Shown piece after piece: positions 28,548 to 38,769 of a DNA stretch of 64,000 bases. This DNA is from an uncultured bacterium (GTDB lineage: Bacteria; CSSED10-310; CAZUFC01): positions 33,563 to 97,562 of the forward strand of contig CAZUFC010000016.1 in assembly GCA_964619725.1 (NCBI GenBank), read 5' to 3'. The notes under the pieces were generated by a model that saw only the letters and a list, made by a program, of their open reading frames with translations, was not told where the DNA came from and made no database searches. Numbering within the stretch: position 1 is the first letter of the stretch; every line of letters starts with the position of its first letter. A program made the translations under genes and the position numbers.

Positions 28548-30229
28548 TCCGATAATCCAGAACCTTCAGGACCCATATCTTTCTTCTTTTTTCTCTTCAG
28601 CGCCCTGACAAAGAACATGCGGTTTGCAATATCGTCCATTTCTTTAATCTTAAGAAGCCTGGCGAAAACATAGTATACCGCTGCGCCTGCTGCAGGCCCA
28701 GTGATCCCGACTATGACGTTGGTCATATCCGCCGGTCCGGCATCCCAGCGCCCCATTCCTGTTAGCCATTTTAATACAATATATACTGGAATTGAAGCCA
28801 GGACGATCCTCAACATCGGCGGGACGAGCTCCTTAAAGGATAAATGTTCCTTTAACCTACGGCCCAATATTATGAAATAAAGCGACGCCTGTATGACGGT
28901 AGATATCGACAGAGCCATCGCCAAACCCTTGATGCCTGAAATACGAACAAATTGAAGCCCGAGTCCGGCAGTCAGCAATATTCCCAGGAATCCAATTTTC
29001 AGGAGAGTATTCCGATCGTCCATGGCGAAGTAGGCTTTTTTGATGATGTTAAGCGCGGCGATAGCCAGGAAAAAGGGAATGAGGTAACATAATACAGCTG
29101 CGGTGGTCGTCATATCCTGAGCGGAAAAATTACCGTGTCTGAACAGGAGACTTACCACAGGCAGACCGAAAGCCGCGAGACCGAAAGCTGCCGGTATCAG
29201 GAGAAAAAATGCGAAACGAAACGTGTAGAACAGATCATTGCGGAAAGAAAGCCAGTCCTTCATTGCCAGATCCTTGGAAATGGCGGGCAACAGGCCGCTG
29301 CCGATCCCTACGGCCACTATGCCCTGAAAAAGATCGACCAGCCGGTTGGCATTCCAGTAATAGGTAACCGATCCGGGTTCCAGGATTGAGGCGAGCAACC
29401 GGAGTATGACGATATTGATCTGTGCGAAAATGCCTATCAAAACTACCTTTCCCATTTCTTTTAAAAATAATCGAAACCGTGATGATCGAAAATGAGCGGC
29501 AGGTTTGGGAATTCCCCATTTTATTATAATCATAGGTATTTGGACCACAAAATGGAGAGCTCCTCCCACCAGAAGACCTGCAGCCAGGGCATACACCGGA
29601 GAAGAAAAAAATCCGGTCAGGTAAAGAGCGAAGACGGTTAAAGTAATGGACACTATTCCCGGGGCCAGCTTGGGAATTAAAAAATGTTTTCTGTGATTAA
29701 GCAATCCTTCGCAATAAGAGGTCAGACTCACGAAAATCACGAAAGGAAAAAGCCAGCGGGTCAATCTAACAGTCAATTCGAATTGTTCCGGTCTTTTGCT
29801 GAACCCGTATGCGAATATTTTCACCAGCGCCGGAGCGGCGAGTATTCCGCCTACGGTTATGATGAAAACCGCCGCAATTAACGCGGTAAAAGCCGTATCC
29901 ATTAATTTTTTCGCATCATCGTACCCTCTCTCCTGTTCTTCCTGTGAAACCATCGGAATGATGGCTCCCGTCAAACCTTCATCTGCCGTAAAACGACGAA
30001 ATACACTCGGAACCGTATAAGCCACCCAGAATGCATCCGTGACGATTCCGGCACCAAAAACATGAGCGATAGCAATATCACGCACTGCACCGAAAATCCT
30101 GGAGAATCCCGTCCCGAACACAGCAGCAAAAAATGCTTTAAGAAGGCCCTCTTTATTGGTTTTACCCGTATTCCCAGCTTGATTTTCTGTCGTCACAAGA
30201 TAGTATCCTTGCTTCATCGTCAAAGGCAT
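28544..30229 (-). CDS. murJ: Lipid II flippase MurJ (MviN)
   Basis: SRIFGAVRD...A..FGAG...DAF.VA..VP...RR...EG, ANRL, LLP..S, LFRHG.F, FAMDD..T. Confidence 0.92.
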   Translation of the reverse strand: MPLTMKQGYYLVTTENQAGNTGKTNKEGLLKAFFAAVFGTGFSRIFGAVRDIAIAHVFGAGIVTDAFWVAYTVPSVFRRFTADEGLTGAIIPMVSQEEQERGYDDAKKLMDTAFTALIAAVFIITVGGILAAPALVKIFAYGFSKRPEQFELTVRLTRWLFPFVIFVSLTSYCEGLLNHRKHFLIPKLAPGIVSITLTVFALYLTGFFSSPVYALAAGLLVGGALHFVVQIPMIIIKWGIPKPAAHFRSSRFRLFLKEMGKVVLIGIFAQINIVILRLLASILEPGSVTYYWNANRLVDLFQGIVAVGIGSGLLPAISKDLAMKDWLSFRNDLFYTFRFAFFLLIPAAFGLAAFGLPVVSLLFRHGNFSAQDMTTTAAVLCYLIPFFLAIAALNIIKKAYFAMDDRNTLLKIGFLGILLTAGLGLQFVRISGIKGLAMALSISTVIQASLYFIILGRRLKEHLSFKELVPPMLRIVLASIPVYIVLKWLTGMGRWDAGPADMTNVIVGITGPAAGAAVYYVFARLLKIKEMDDIANRMFFVRALKRKKKKDMGPEGSGLSE

Positions 30230-30549
30230 CTTCGGGCGTCTGCCCTCGGTGCCTGGAGGTTACCAAACGTTATGAAAAGGGTCAATCCGCTCATGATGGG
30301 TCATCATTAAAATAGATAAAAAATTTACAAATAAAAAATTCGGAAAACACTGGGATCATTGATCTTACAAGGTGAAACCCTGCGACAAGAAACTTTTTTC
30401 TTTATATGGAGCGCCTGGCCGGGCAGCGTCTTATTCGATAAACGACTCTGCGGACCGGCGCTTTCGAGCAGACTGAAAATTGTATCTCTTCAGCATTGCT
30501 TGTCATATCTGAACTTTCATAGTAACATTTTTCGACGCTTTGAATTGAG

Positions 30550-30888
30550 GTGAATATCATGATTAAACATTTTGTGGTTTCCGGAGTCGTCCGCAACGTT
30601 ATGTTCCGGCAGACGATTATCCGGGCGGCGCAAAAGAGGCGCTTGAAAGCCGGGGCTTCCAACATCGTAGATCGTTATGACACAGCACGTTTCGCCCTGG
30701 AAGGTACTGAAAAAGAAATACAGGAATTCGTCGACTGGGCGACTCGGGGCAAAACGCTTAACAGTTGGGGCGCCTATATTGAAAATATCAGGGAAGAAGG
30801 CTCGGATAAATCGATTACAGATTACCAGGTCAATACGGATAACGTCGACGATTTTCGCTGGAATCCGGATATCGAAATGTATATCTGA
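30550..30888 (+). CDS. Acylphosphatase-like protein
   Basis: VSGVVRNVMFR resembles the GxVQGVGFR loop; downstream Asn and LEG...I..F..W...G pattern. Confidence 0.6.
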   Translation: MNIMIKHFVVSGVVRNVMFRQTIIRAAQKRRLKAGASNIVDRYDTARFALEGTEKEIQEFVDWATRGKTLNSWGAYIENIREEGSDKSITDYQVNTDNVDDFRWNPDIEMYI

Positions 30889-30918
30889 CGGCTTGAACAT
30901 TCATTCTGAATATCGACC

Positions 30919-31536
30919 ATGCTCTTGCAATATTTCATTATCGTTTGTCTCCTCTCTATATACTGCACCGGCGCCTTCTTCTGCTTCCTAAAAAAACTTA
31001 ATCGCTCTTCCCTGGTTTGTTCCGCAGCCTCTCTGCTTGTCCTGATCGTGTCTTCCCTTTCCATTTTATCACAATCATATTACCGACTTCCCTTAAAGAA
31101 ATCTGAAAGAATTTTAAAATCAGGGGATATTCTGAAAAAAAACGTCGACGCCGATTCGAGAATCCACACCCTGAAATTCGTTACGGCTCTCGAATCAGGT
31201 TGGAAAATGAATTACGGCTTTAATGTCGCAACTTGCCTGGTCCGCACGAAAAATAATACTTATGAATCTCCTATAAGAAATGGAATTGAAACCGCTGACC
31301 GATTATCAAAAATGCCGTACTTTGAAAAAATAAGAACCTTTCCCCTGCCGCGGGTTGAATTCTGGAGATTGTCGTCTCATTTAACAAACGATATTATGGT
31401 TTATGACCTTCGTTTCTCTTTTGACATCAAGATAACCCCTCCGGAAAAAATAGAAGAAATAATCATTAAAAAAGGTCTTCATGATGATTCAGAGCTTCGT
31501 GTGCATGAAATATCGCTTTTCGGGAATTCCTTTTAA
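30919..31536 (+). CDS. Hypothetical membrane-anchored protein
   Basis: Two N-terminal TM helices plus a soluble domain; fills the gap between co-oriented genes. Confidence 0.5.
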   Translation: MLLQYFIIVCLLSIYCTGAFFCFLKKLNRSSLVCSAASLLVLIVSSLSILSQSYYRLPLKKSERILKSGDILKKNVDADSRIHTLKFVTALESGWKMNYGFNVATCLVRTKNNTYESPIRNGIETADRLSKMPYFEKIRTFPLPRVEFWRLSSHLTNDIMVYDLRFSFDIKITPPEKIEEIIIKKGLHDDSELRVHEISLFGNSF

Positions 31537-31572
31537 TCCCTGGGGTTCGTATGGAGTCTGCTTAATATTTCA

Positions 31573-34500
31573 ATGTACAAAAATATTTTCGGGAAAATAA
31601 ATTATTTTCTGCTGTCAGTATCCGGCGGCGTCATTGCCGTATATTTATGGCGATTGCGTTCTCTTCCCGACTGTTCCTATTGGCAGATCGTCCTGCCTGT
31701 ATCGTTTCTAAGCTTCCCGGTTATTCATTTGTTATTCGATTTTTCTTCCCCAATGCCCTTCTCTCTCAAGAAATCCGCAGAAATACTATGCCAGAGTTCG
31801 ATGCTGATCCTGATAGCGGCTTTACCTCATCCCTCCTTAGCATTTCAGCACGCTTTCGGCGCAGCATTCATCCTGATAAATATCGCAAGAGCCCTGATTA
31901 CCCTGCTGCCGTTATGTTCTGCCATGATTCATGCAGGCTCAGGTCAGGAAATGAGAAGGATTGAGAGGCGTTGTTTTCCGGCAGTGTTTACGGCTTTGAG
32001 CGTTCTGAGTTTGTGGACGGGCTGGGTTGAACGGCCTGCAGGAGACGAACCGCATTATCTTCTCATTGCGCGCAGCCTTATCCAGGACCGTGATCTGGAC
32101 CTGGAAAACAATTACGAACAGGCTTGGCAGGAGGGATTCTATGAGGAACGTATATTTCCTCAGCAGCACCAGGTTGAGGAAATAACCATTCCCAAAAAGA
32201 ACGTCGGATTCCCTTTATTGTTAATCCCGGCGTACTTCATCGGAAAATATTACGGCGCCCTTATATTTATGAATCTTTTTTCTGCTCTCCTCTGGCTGAC
32301 TCTTTTTCGCATTTCATTCAAGTTGTCCGCATCAATATCGGCAGCCTTGATCATCGCTTCTTTCGCTTGCTTCTCTTCACCTGTCATGAACTATTCATCA
32401 CTCATTTATCCTGAAATTCCCGCCGCCTGGTTTCTGCTCCTGCAGGCGAATGCCGCATTGCCGGTTTCTAAAAAAACTCCCCGTTCGTTCTTATACTCTG
32501 TATTCATTACCGTCATTCTGACCTTTATCAAGTTCAGGTATTTCCTCATCGCCGGTCCGCTCCTGCTTATTCAATTGGCCGCTCAATTGAAAACATCCGG
32601 CCGAAAAATTAAAAAGCTTCTCGTCGTTATTTTCCTCATCCTGCCGGTTTCCTTCGCTATACTCATTTTTTCCTTTAAACATGTACTAATGCTTATGGTT
32701 CTCCGTATCCTGGAAATCATAAAACTCCTTGCCGATATTCCTCCCCCGGCCCGCGGATTCTTCGGCATGTTTTTCGATCAGAGCATCGGAATTTTTCTGA
32801 TCAATCCCGCTGTTCCCCTGTTTTTCTTTTTAATGCTCTTCCTGGCGCTGAAAAAAAACAAATCCGCCCTTACCATGCTGCCGGGCATATTTTTTTACCT
32901 GGCCGCTTTTTCCGTTACAAGATTCTGGGGCGGCGGATGGTCTTTCCCTGGACGTTTTCTCACCGTGCTGATCCCTTTAATCGCTCTTCCCGCAGCAGAA
33001 TTTTATAAAAAAATACGATCCAATCCCTCAAAAAAATCACTCATTACAGTGATACTTCTCTGGACTTCGGTATGGTGCGGTTTCATTACGTTAATCAGCT
33101 TGATCTATCCCCGTTTTTTCTACTTTTGGAGCGATACCTCGGAGGCCGGATCAAGGTTGCTTCGTTTTATCGGACACCGTTGCGGAGTCGACCTTGTCAG
33201 ATGGTTTCCCGCAATTAATCACCATTTCCTCGTCAATTTTTTCTGGTTCGCACTTTATGTTTCTGTCGCTTTCATCCTGGCTTTTTTCTCACTGCGCAAG
33301 GCAGGACGTTTTTTTCGTTCAAAATGGTTCCGATTCTCTCTTCCCCTCTTTTTCATCGTTTTATTATCTGTTGCCGTAACCCGCCCGATACGGCATATCG
33401 AACCGGAAAACAGATTATTCCGCCAGGAAAATTTCCGTCCCGTAAAAAACGGCTGGGAACTGTCCGCCAATCAGAATTTCCGTTTTCGTAGCGAATTAGC
33501 AAGAGGACCTTTCGTATTCGAGATGAAATATAGGATATCTCAGTCGCCTTTAGGTAAAACAGGCATCAAAATATTTTCAGATAGTCAGGAGCTGGACCAA
33601 ATACCATTACGTAATGACTCTGAACGAATAATTAAAATAATACATGCTCAAAAATCCGGTGAGCAGGAATTGTCGATCCGGTTCTTGAGTTCGTCTCCCG
33701 TCACTGTTCTGCTTATAGATTTCATTCACGTATATCCCTATTCTCCGTTTGAAAATCGATTCTACAGAATTACGGCGACGGCGGCTGAACTCTTCAGGCT
33801 CAAAGAAAAAATGCATTTTTTCCATAAAGAAGCCTGTCTGTATAATCCGTTCAGTCTCAAAACAGGCGTGAAAGCTTTTTATTCAGCACTGCATAACGAT
33901 TCGCCGGAATTTTTGATATTCCTGATCGAACAATTCGGTGAAGAGCTCCTGATCCGTTTGCCTTCTGAAGCTAAACATAATGCCTTGGTTACTCTTCAAC
34001 GGAAAAGCGCGGACTGGGCTGCGATTCATGACTTGAATCGTCATTTGCTCCGTTTCGGAGATCGCCCCCGCAGAAAAATAAGCGAATTTATGGAGACTGC
34101 ATACGTCAGCAATAATCGACATTCCATCCTGTCGATCTATCCCGCTTTTTTTCAAAAAGCCAGGCATCGTTATATTTATGCCTGGGCGCTCAGAGGTGCA
34201 GGCGATCCGAAACAAGCGGATGAAGAATTACGACAATTACTGGAAACATTTCCCGGATACTTTCCCGCCCTGTCCGATTTAGCGGATTCCCTGCTAATCA
34301 GAGGACTCGATGAAGGCGAGATACTGAACCGGCAATTGAACCGGTCGAGGCAATTCGTTATCGAAGCTGAAAAGATGGAGCATGAAACAGGCAAAGAATT
34401 TCCGGATGGATGGGAGCTGACGACAAACGGCAAAATTGCAGCCTGGGTAGCCCTTCCCGCAGGCACATATAAAATAACCTGCACGGCACGAGGAAGTCAC

Positions 34501-34725
34501 GCTCAATGGATATGGCCCTTGTGTCTGATTAAAATGAACGGCGAAAATATCTGGGAATTTTCTGCTGATTCTTACATCTGGAAAAATTACGCCATAACTC
34601 GCTTTCTTGATTCCGGCGCTTACCTGCTTGAATTATTTTTCACCAACGATTTTTATTATCCCAAGGACGACGAAGACAGAAACCTCATCATCAACCGCAT
34701 TGTTTTCGAATACCTGCCTGAATGA
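31573..34725 (+). CDS. Large GT-C-type membrane glycosyltransferase with C-terminal carbohydrate-binding-like domain
   Basis: GDEPHYLL..SL..D.DLDL.NNY, YPEIP, DQ..G, WGGGWSFPGRF; C-terminal EAE...NG...ARG......WP...FTND.....DRNL. Confidence 0.7.
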   Translation: MYKNIFGKINYFLLSVSGGVIAVYLWRLRSLPDCSYWQIVLPVSFLSFPVIHLLFDFSSPMPFSLKKSAEILCQSSMLILIAALPHPSLAFQHAFGAAFILINIARALITLLPLCSAMIHAGSGQEMRRIERRCFPAVFTALSVLSLWTGWVERPAGDEPHYLLIARSLIQDRDLDLENNYEQAWQEGFYEERIFPQQHQVEEITIPKKNVGFPLLLIPAYFIGKYYGALIFMNLFSALLWLTLFRISFKLSASISAALIIASFACFSSPVMNYSSLIYPEIPAAWFLLLQANAALPVSKKTPRSFLYSVFITVILTFIKFRYFLIAGPLLLIQLAAQLKTSGRKIKKLLVVIFLILPVSFAILIFSFKHVLMLMVLRILEIIKLLADIPPPARGFFGMFFDQSIGIFLINPAVPLFFFLMLFLALKKNKSALTMLPGIFFYLAAFSVTRFWGGGWSFPGRFLTVLIPLIALPAAEFYKKIRSNPSKKSLITVILLWTSVWCGFITLISLIYPRFFYFWSDTSEAGSRLLRFIGHRCGVDLVRWFPAINHHFLVNFFWFALYVSVAFILAFFSLRKAGRFFRSKWFRFSLPLFFIVLLSVAVTRPIRHIEPENRLFRQENFRPVKNGWELSANQNFRFRSELARGPFVFEMKYRISQSPLGKTGIKIFSDSQELDQIPLRNDSERIIKIIHAQKSGEQELSIRFLSSSPVTVLLIDFIHVYPYSPFENRFYRITATAAELFRLKEKMHFFHKEACLYNPFSLKTGVKAFYSALHNDSPEFLIFLIEQFGEELLIRLPSEAKHNALVTLQRKSADWAAIHDLNRHLLRFGDRPRRKISEFMETAYVSNNRHSILSIYPAFFQKARHRYIYAWALRGAGDPKQADEELRQLLETFPGYFPALSDLADSLLIRGLDEGEILNRQLNRSRQFVIEAEKMEHETGKEFPDGWELTTNGKIAAWVALPAGTYKITCTARGSHAQWIWPLCLIKMNGENIWEFSADSYIWKNYAITRFLDSGAYLLELFFTNDFYYPKDDEDRNLIINRIVFEYLPE

Positions 34726-34777
34726 TTATTCATAACCGGGTGTATACGGAATGGTATTAATCGCCGGCCTTCCGCGA

Positions 34778-37621
34778 TCATCTGATATAGCCCAGGGCCC
34801 TTAATTCATCTTCCAGGCTCACTTCTATTTCATCCCCTTCATCTCCCTGCCCGGAACCCATCCTGAAGACGCCGGCAACGAAAGGGCCGCCTTCGAGAGC
34901 AGGCATCTTATCCCCGAAGCCGACGACAGGCTCATCTCCATTCAGAACAACCGGATTGGCATCGGGTGTCTCGTTCCCATTGCTCGTCATAATTGAATCA
35001 GGCTCCAACAGTTGGCCGTCGAGGGATATTTTTATCAATACGACGCCCGCATCTGGAATAATCGAAAAACATATACCCTTTCTGTCTTTTACTCTGCTGA
35101 ATTTAAAAACTGTGCGCGCCGCCTGAGTCTTTATCTCATCCGATGAATCGAACCAAAGCGGGAGATATTGCGGATCGAATGCGTTTCCGGTTATTTCTAT
35201 GAATCCGGGAGTGGGTTTTCCCGTGTTATTCTTCAGAATAACAGAATAACCCCGATGCGTAAGAAAGGTCTTCTCCATCAGAATATCTCTTGCTTCATTG
35301 AAGAACGGACCTTTCGGCACGAGCGGCCAACGTTCGCAAATATCCTGTTCGATGTTAAAAAACTCATACCGCCTGTTCAAAAAATCATAAATCAGCTTCC
35401 TGTCTTTATAATTCACCATTTTCAACACCGGAGCCGTATTCCTCTCGCTGAAAAGAACCCTTTCCTCCGTATCTCTTTTGCCCCCGTTTGAATGCGGCAT
35501 GATATATTCCGCAAGCGATCTTCCCTGCCAGGTTTCCGGCGGAGTTCGCTTCAGGCCTAAAAGTTCAATGATCGTCGGCGCTGCGTCTATAACGAAAGTC
35601 TTGTCGTTGTATACTTCACCGGCTTTTATGCGACCGGGGAAACGCATGAGCAAAGGCACCTTGAGAAGCTCCTCATACAAAGTGTGCGAATGCCAGCCGA
35701 CATAACCGTGTTCGTTGAATTCTTCCCCATGATCGCTGAATATTATAAAAAGCGTCTTATCATAAAGGCCTTTTTGCGCCAGTTTCTCCTGTATTCTGCT
35801 TAATTGTCCGTCAGCATATCTTATTTCAGCATCATAAAGCGCCCGTATATGCCGTACGTCGCGAGCGCTGATTTTACGCTTATTGTAATTTATGTCATAA
35901 ATCGTGTTCATCGTGCCGTCAATCTCACCCGCGTATTCCGGATCAAACATATCGCTGTATAGCTCCGTCGGTTTATACGGGTGATGCACTTCGTAAGTAT
36001 GAAGAAAAAGAAAAAATGGAGCGTTCAGGGCATTACGATCCAACCATGCAATAGCCAGGTCTATTGTGTCCTCGAAATCAGCGTAAAGTTCATTGTAAAT
36101 CTGGAAACCTTTATGGAAACCATAGGCGTTTGACACCTGGGCTCCTGAAGTAAAACCGGCAGTCTGATAGCCCGCCTGCCTTAATATCTCTGTCAATGAC
36201 TCGTTTTCATCCGCCCATTCTTTCTGTACGAACGGGTCGTTCAAACCATGCTCCGCAGGATGAAGCGAAGTGAATAACGATACATGCGAAGAAAGAGTGT
36301 AAGGAGCATGTGAATAAAAGTCTGAAAAAACCGCTCCCTGCTTTCCTATCATATCCATGACAGGGCTTATTTTTTTGCTGTTGCCGTAAACGCCCAATCC
36401 GTCCTGGCGTAAAGTGTCCAGTGATACTATTACCAGATTCGGTATTTTTCCTTTCTTGTCTCCCTTGCAAATAATCGGATGACCCAGGGCCAAAAAGGCG
36501 TTTCTTTCTTCCACATCCCTTTCGGGATTCTCAGCGCTTTTCGTCCTGAAGACCAATTCACCCTGTCCATTCGTCATATCATCCAAAGCAACCGTGAAAT
36601 GATGCCATCCAAAAGGTTTATTGCCTGACTTCCCGAATTCTGAATTCAATAGTATCTTTTCGATATCTCTGTCATTTTTGAAAGAAACGACTAACTGCAT
36701 ATTTTCCGGGTCGGAAATCTCCGTATCAGCCATGAAACAATCGAAAACGAGCTCACTCTTTACCATACCGGTTGTTTTCCAGCTTACCAGCGAGTCCGGC
36801 GGAAGGATCATCGCTTCTCTCGTTTCTCCTTCACTGTAAAAATAACGTTTTGTCCGGCCGGGAAAGCTCCACTTCTTTTGATTACTGCTCAGCGTAACCT
36901 GGTCAAAGAGGACTTCAGCTCCGGCATCTCCCCTGGACGTCAGGATGATGACAAGATAACGACATTCCGCTCCAGGCTGCAACTCAAGCTCCAATCGCCT
37001 CCATAATCCAAAAGCTTCCTTTTCCATGAATTGCATATGCGTTGCCGTAACCTTCTTTTCGAGATCAATTCTGCTGTTTATATCAGCAAAACATATCTCC
37101 TCTTTGCACTCCAGAACAGCAGGGACAGCCTCTCCACTTTTACCCTCCGATAAATTCCTTACCCACACGCTTATTTTGAACCGGTCCCCGGATTTTTCAC
37201 AATTAACTCCCCTGAAAAAAACTTCAGCGATGCCGGAAGATATGCAAGTGGTCTTCAGGCTTTTTTCTCCTTCATAAGCATCAACTTCTGATAAAAATGC
37301 ATCCTCGGAAGCGTTATCGTCTAATTTTTTAGCCTTCAGACCTCCGGGAAATTCTTTCATCTTGTTCTCAGGTCCGAAACCAGGTATATAATTCCATTTT
37401 TCCAGGCCTTGCTCGAAAGAATCAGTCCATAGCGTCAATTCCTGCTTCTCCAGAAAAGATAAATCTTTTATTTCACTTTTGAATGGGACTTCATCCAACA
37501 GATGCACGATTCCCGTTTCCGTGAATTCCAAACTGCTCCTTTTATACGCTAAATGGACAATCAGAGCGGAAGCCAGCCCGACCGCTGCTCCAATAATCAA
37601 TATCACCCTTGTTTTATGCAC
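34778..37621 (-). CDS. Membrane-anchored sulfatase/alkaline-phosphatase superfamily protein with CBM-like N-terminal domains
   Basis: PNLVIVSLDTLR.D, APYTLSSH.SLFT, PFFLFLHTYEVHHPY, YDAEI...D, SDHGEEF.EHG...H, VPL, LRALGY. Confidence 0.85.
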   Translation of the reverse strand: MHKTRVILIIGAAVGLASALIVHLAYKRSSLEFTETGIVHLLDEVPFKSEIKDLSFLEKQELTLWTDSFEQGLEKWNYIPGFGPENKMKEFPGGLKAKKLDDNASEDAFLSEVDAYEGEKSLKTTCISSGIAEVFFRGVNCEKSGDRFKISVWVRNLSEGKSGEAVPAVLECKEEICFADINSRIDLEKKVTATHMQFMEKEAFGLWRRLELELQPGAECRYLVIILTSRGDAGAEVLFDQVTLSSNQKKWSFPGRTKRYFYSEGETREAMILPPDSLVSWKTTGMVKSELVFDCFMADTEISDPENMQLVVSFKNDRDIEKILLNSEFGKSGNKPFGWHHFTVALDDMTNGQGELVFRTKSAENPERDVEERNAFLALGHPIICKGDKKGKIPNLVIVSLDTLRQDGLGVYGNSKKISPVMDMIGKQGAVFSDFYSHAPYTLSSHVSLFTSLHPAEHGLNDPFVQKEWADENESLTEILRQAGYQTAGFTSGAQVSNAYGFHKGFQIYNELYADFEDTIDLAIAWLDRNALNAPFFLFLHTYEVHHPYKPTELYSDMFDPEYAGEIDGTMNTIYDINYNKRKISARDVRHIRALYDAEIRYADGQLSRIQEKLAQKGLYDKTLFIIFSDHGEEFNEHGYVGWHSHTLYEELLKVPLLMRFPGRIKAGEVYNDKTFVIDAAPTIIELLGLKRTPPETWQGRSLAEYIMPHSNGGKRDTEERVLFSERNTAPVLKMVNYKDRKLIYDFLNRRYEFFNIEQDICERWPLVPKGPFFNEARDILMEKTFLTHRGYSVILKNNTGKPTPGFIEITGNAFDPQYLPLWFDSSDEIKTQAARTVFKFSRVKDRKGICFSIIPDAGVVLIKISLDGQLLEPDSIMTSNGNETPDANPVVLNGDEPVVGFGDKMPALEGGPFVAGVFRMGSGQGDEGDEIEVSLEDELRALGYIR

Positions 37622-37844
37622 TCTCTTCAGCTCTTCTCCCTTTGCGGCTATTTAAATTGATTAATCGACAGCAGTATTATTTTTGTGCTGACGGCCTCAT
37701 CATGCAATGGTCTCACCACATGTACGGAAGCTGCGCGCTATTCTCATTATGACCTTTAGAAAAAAACGAATCAACCTTGTCATACATTTTCTTTTGTGAT
37801 TATAATGCGATTTGCGACAGCCGATTCCTTACATTTAAACAAAG

Positions 37845-38498
37845 ATGACCTTAAACAATACTCCTCACATCATCCTTATAACCTCTTTCATCCTTTGTAT
37901 CGGCGCCACGGAATTCATCCCTCGTTACATACTACCCGCCCTTCCCTCGCTCTATCTGCTCGGTTCCCTCGGCCTATCACGCGTGAATCCTAAAGTCAGC
38001 TTCCCTCTTACTGTTCTCGTTTTTTCTCTCCTTATTCATGGAATCTGGTTCGGTGGACATCCTGCCTCCGGTTACGATGATAACCTCCAATTCATTCGAT
38101 TCATCCAAAATTGCCGCAGAACGGAAAATTATATCAGAAAAAATATTCCTCCCGATGCCGATATATTCACTGAATGGCCTATTAATTTTATTCTCAAAAA
38201 TCCCGATGCCGGATACCTGACCGGACCTCCCGTCACTACTCTCAGTATCCACGCCGGAGCTAAAAAAATAAATGAAATTTGGGACGATTTCATCGATAAA
38301 ATGAAAGCGACGATCTCGGAGCGACCTCGCATCTGGATCATTCTCCATCACCTCGGTCCCTTCACAACATCCATGAATAATTTCGTCGATAAAAATAATT
38401 TGCCTATTGAACATACAACCGGTAATCCTCCCTTTCATATCGAAATACGAAACCTCTTCACACCTCCTGAATTCCCTCCTGAATTGCCGAATAAATAA
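37845..38498 (+). CDS. Hypothetical membrane protein resembling the C-terminal part of a GT-C glycosyltransferase (possible fragment)
   Basis: PRYILPALP motif between TM helices, followed by YI.....P.A.I.T.WP...L..P..GY. Confidence 0.45.
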   Translation: MTLNNTPHIILITSFILCIGATEFIPRYILPALPSLYLLGSLGLSRVNPKVSFPLTVLVFSLLIHGIWFGGHPASGYDDNLQFIRFIQNCRRTENYIRKNIPPDADIFTEWPINFILKNPDAGYLTGPPVTTLSIHAGAKKINEIWDDFIDKMKATISERPRIWIILHHLGPFTTSMNNFVDKNNLPIEHTTGNPPFHIEIRNLFTPPEFPPELPNK

Positions 38499-38711
38499 CA
38501 GTGACGATAAGCCTTGACTGAATGTCGACGAAGATAACAAATGAATTAAAGGTTTCACTCCAGGCAAGAGCGTAAAAAATTTCCGGTTATCTATGGACCG
38601 TTTAATTCGTAAGCCTTTTTAGCTGTTTTCGAGTTAAAATTTCCGTCTATGCCCGTCGACGGTTACCATTTATACGTTTATTGCAAGAAATCCAAAATTT
38701 TATTTAAAAAT

Positions 38712-38740
38712 TTGACCTTGGGTTAGGAGCAGCCTATAAT
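38712..38740 (+). promoter_or_regulatory. Sigma70-type promoter
   Basis: TTGACC-17 nt-TATAAT directly upstream of the 38770 gene, with an AT-rich UP region. Confidence 0.7.
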
Positions 38741-38769
38741 GAAAAATGAGAAGGGTAGGTTGACCCTCC

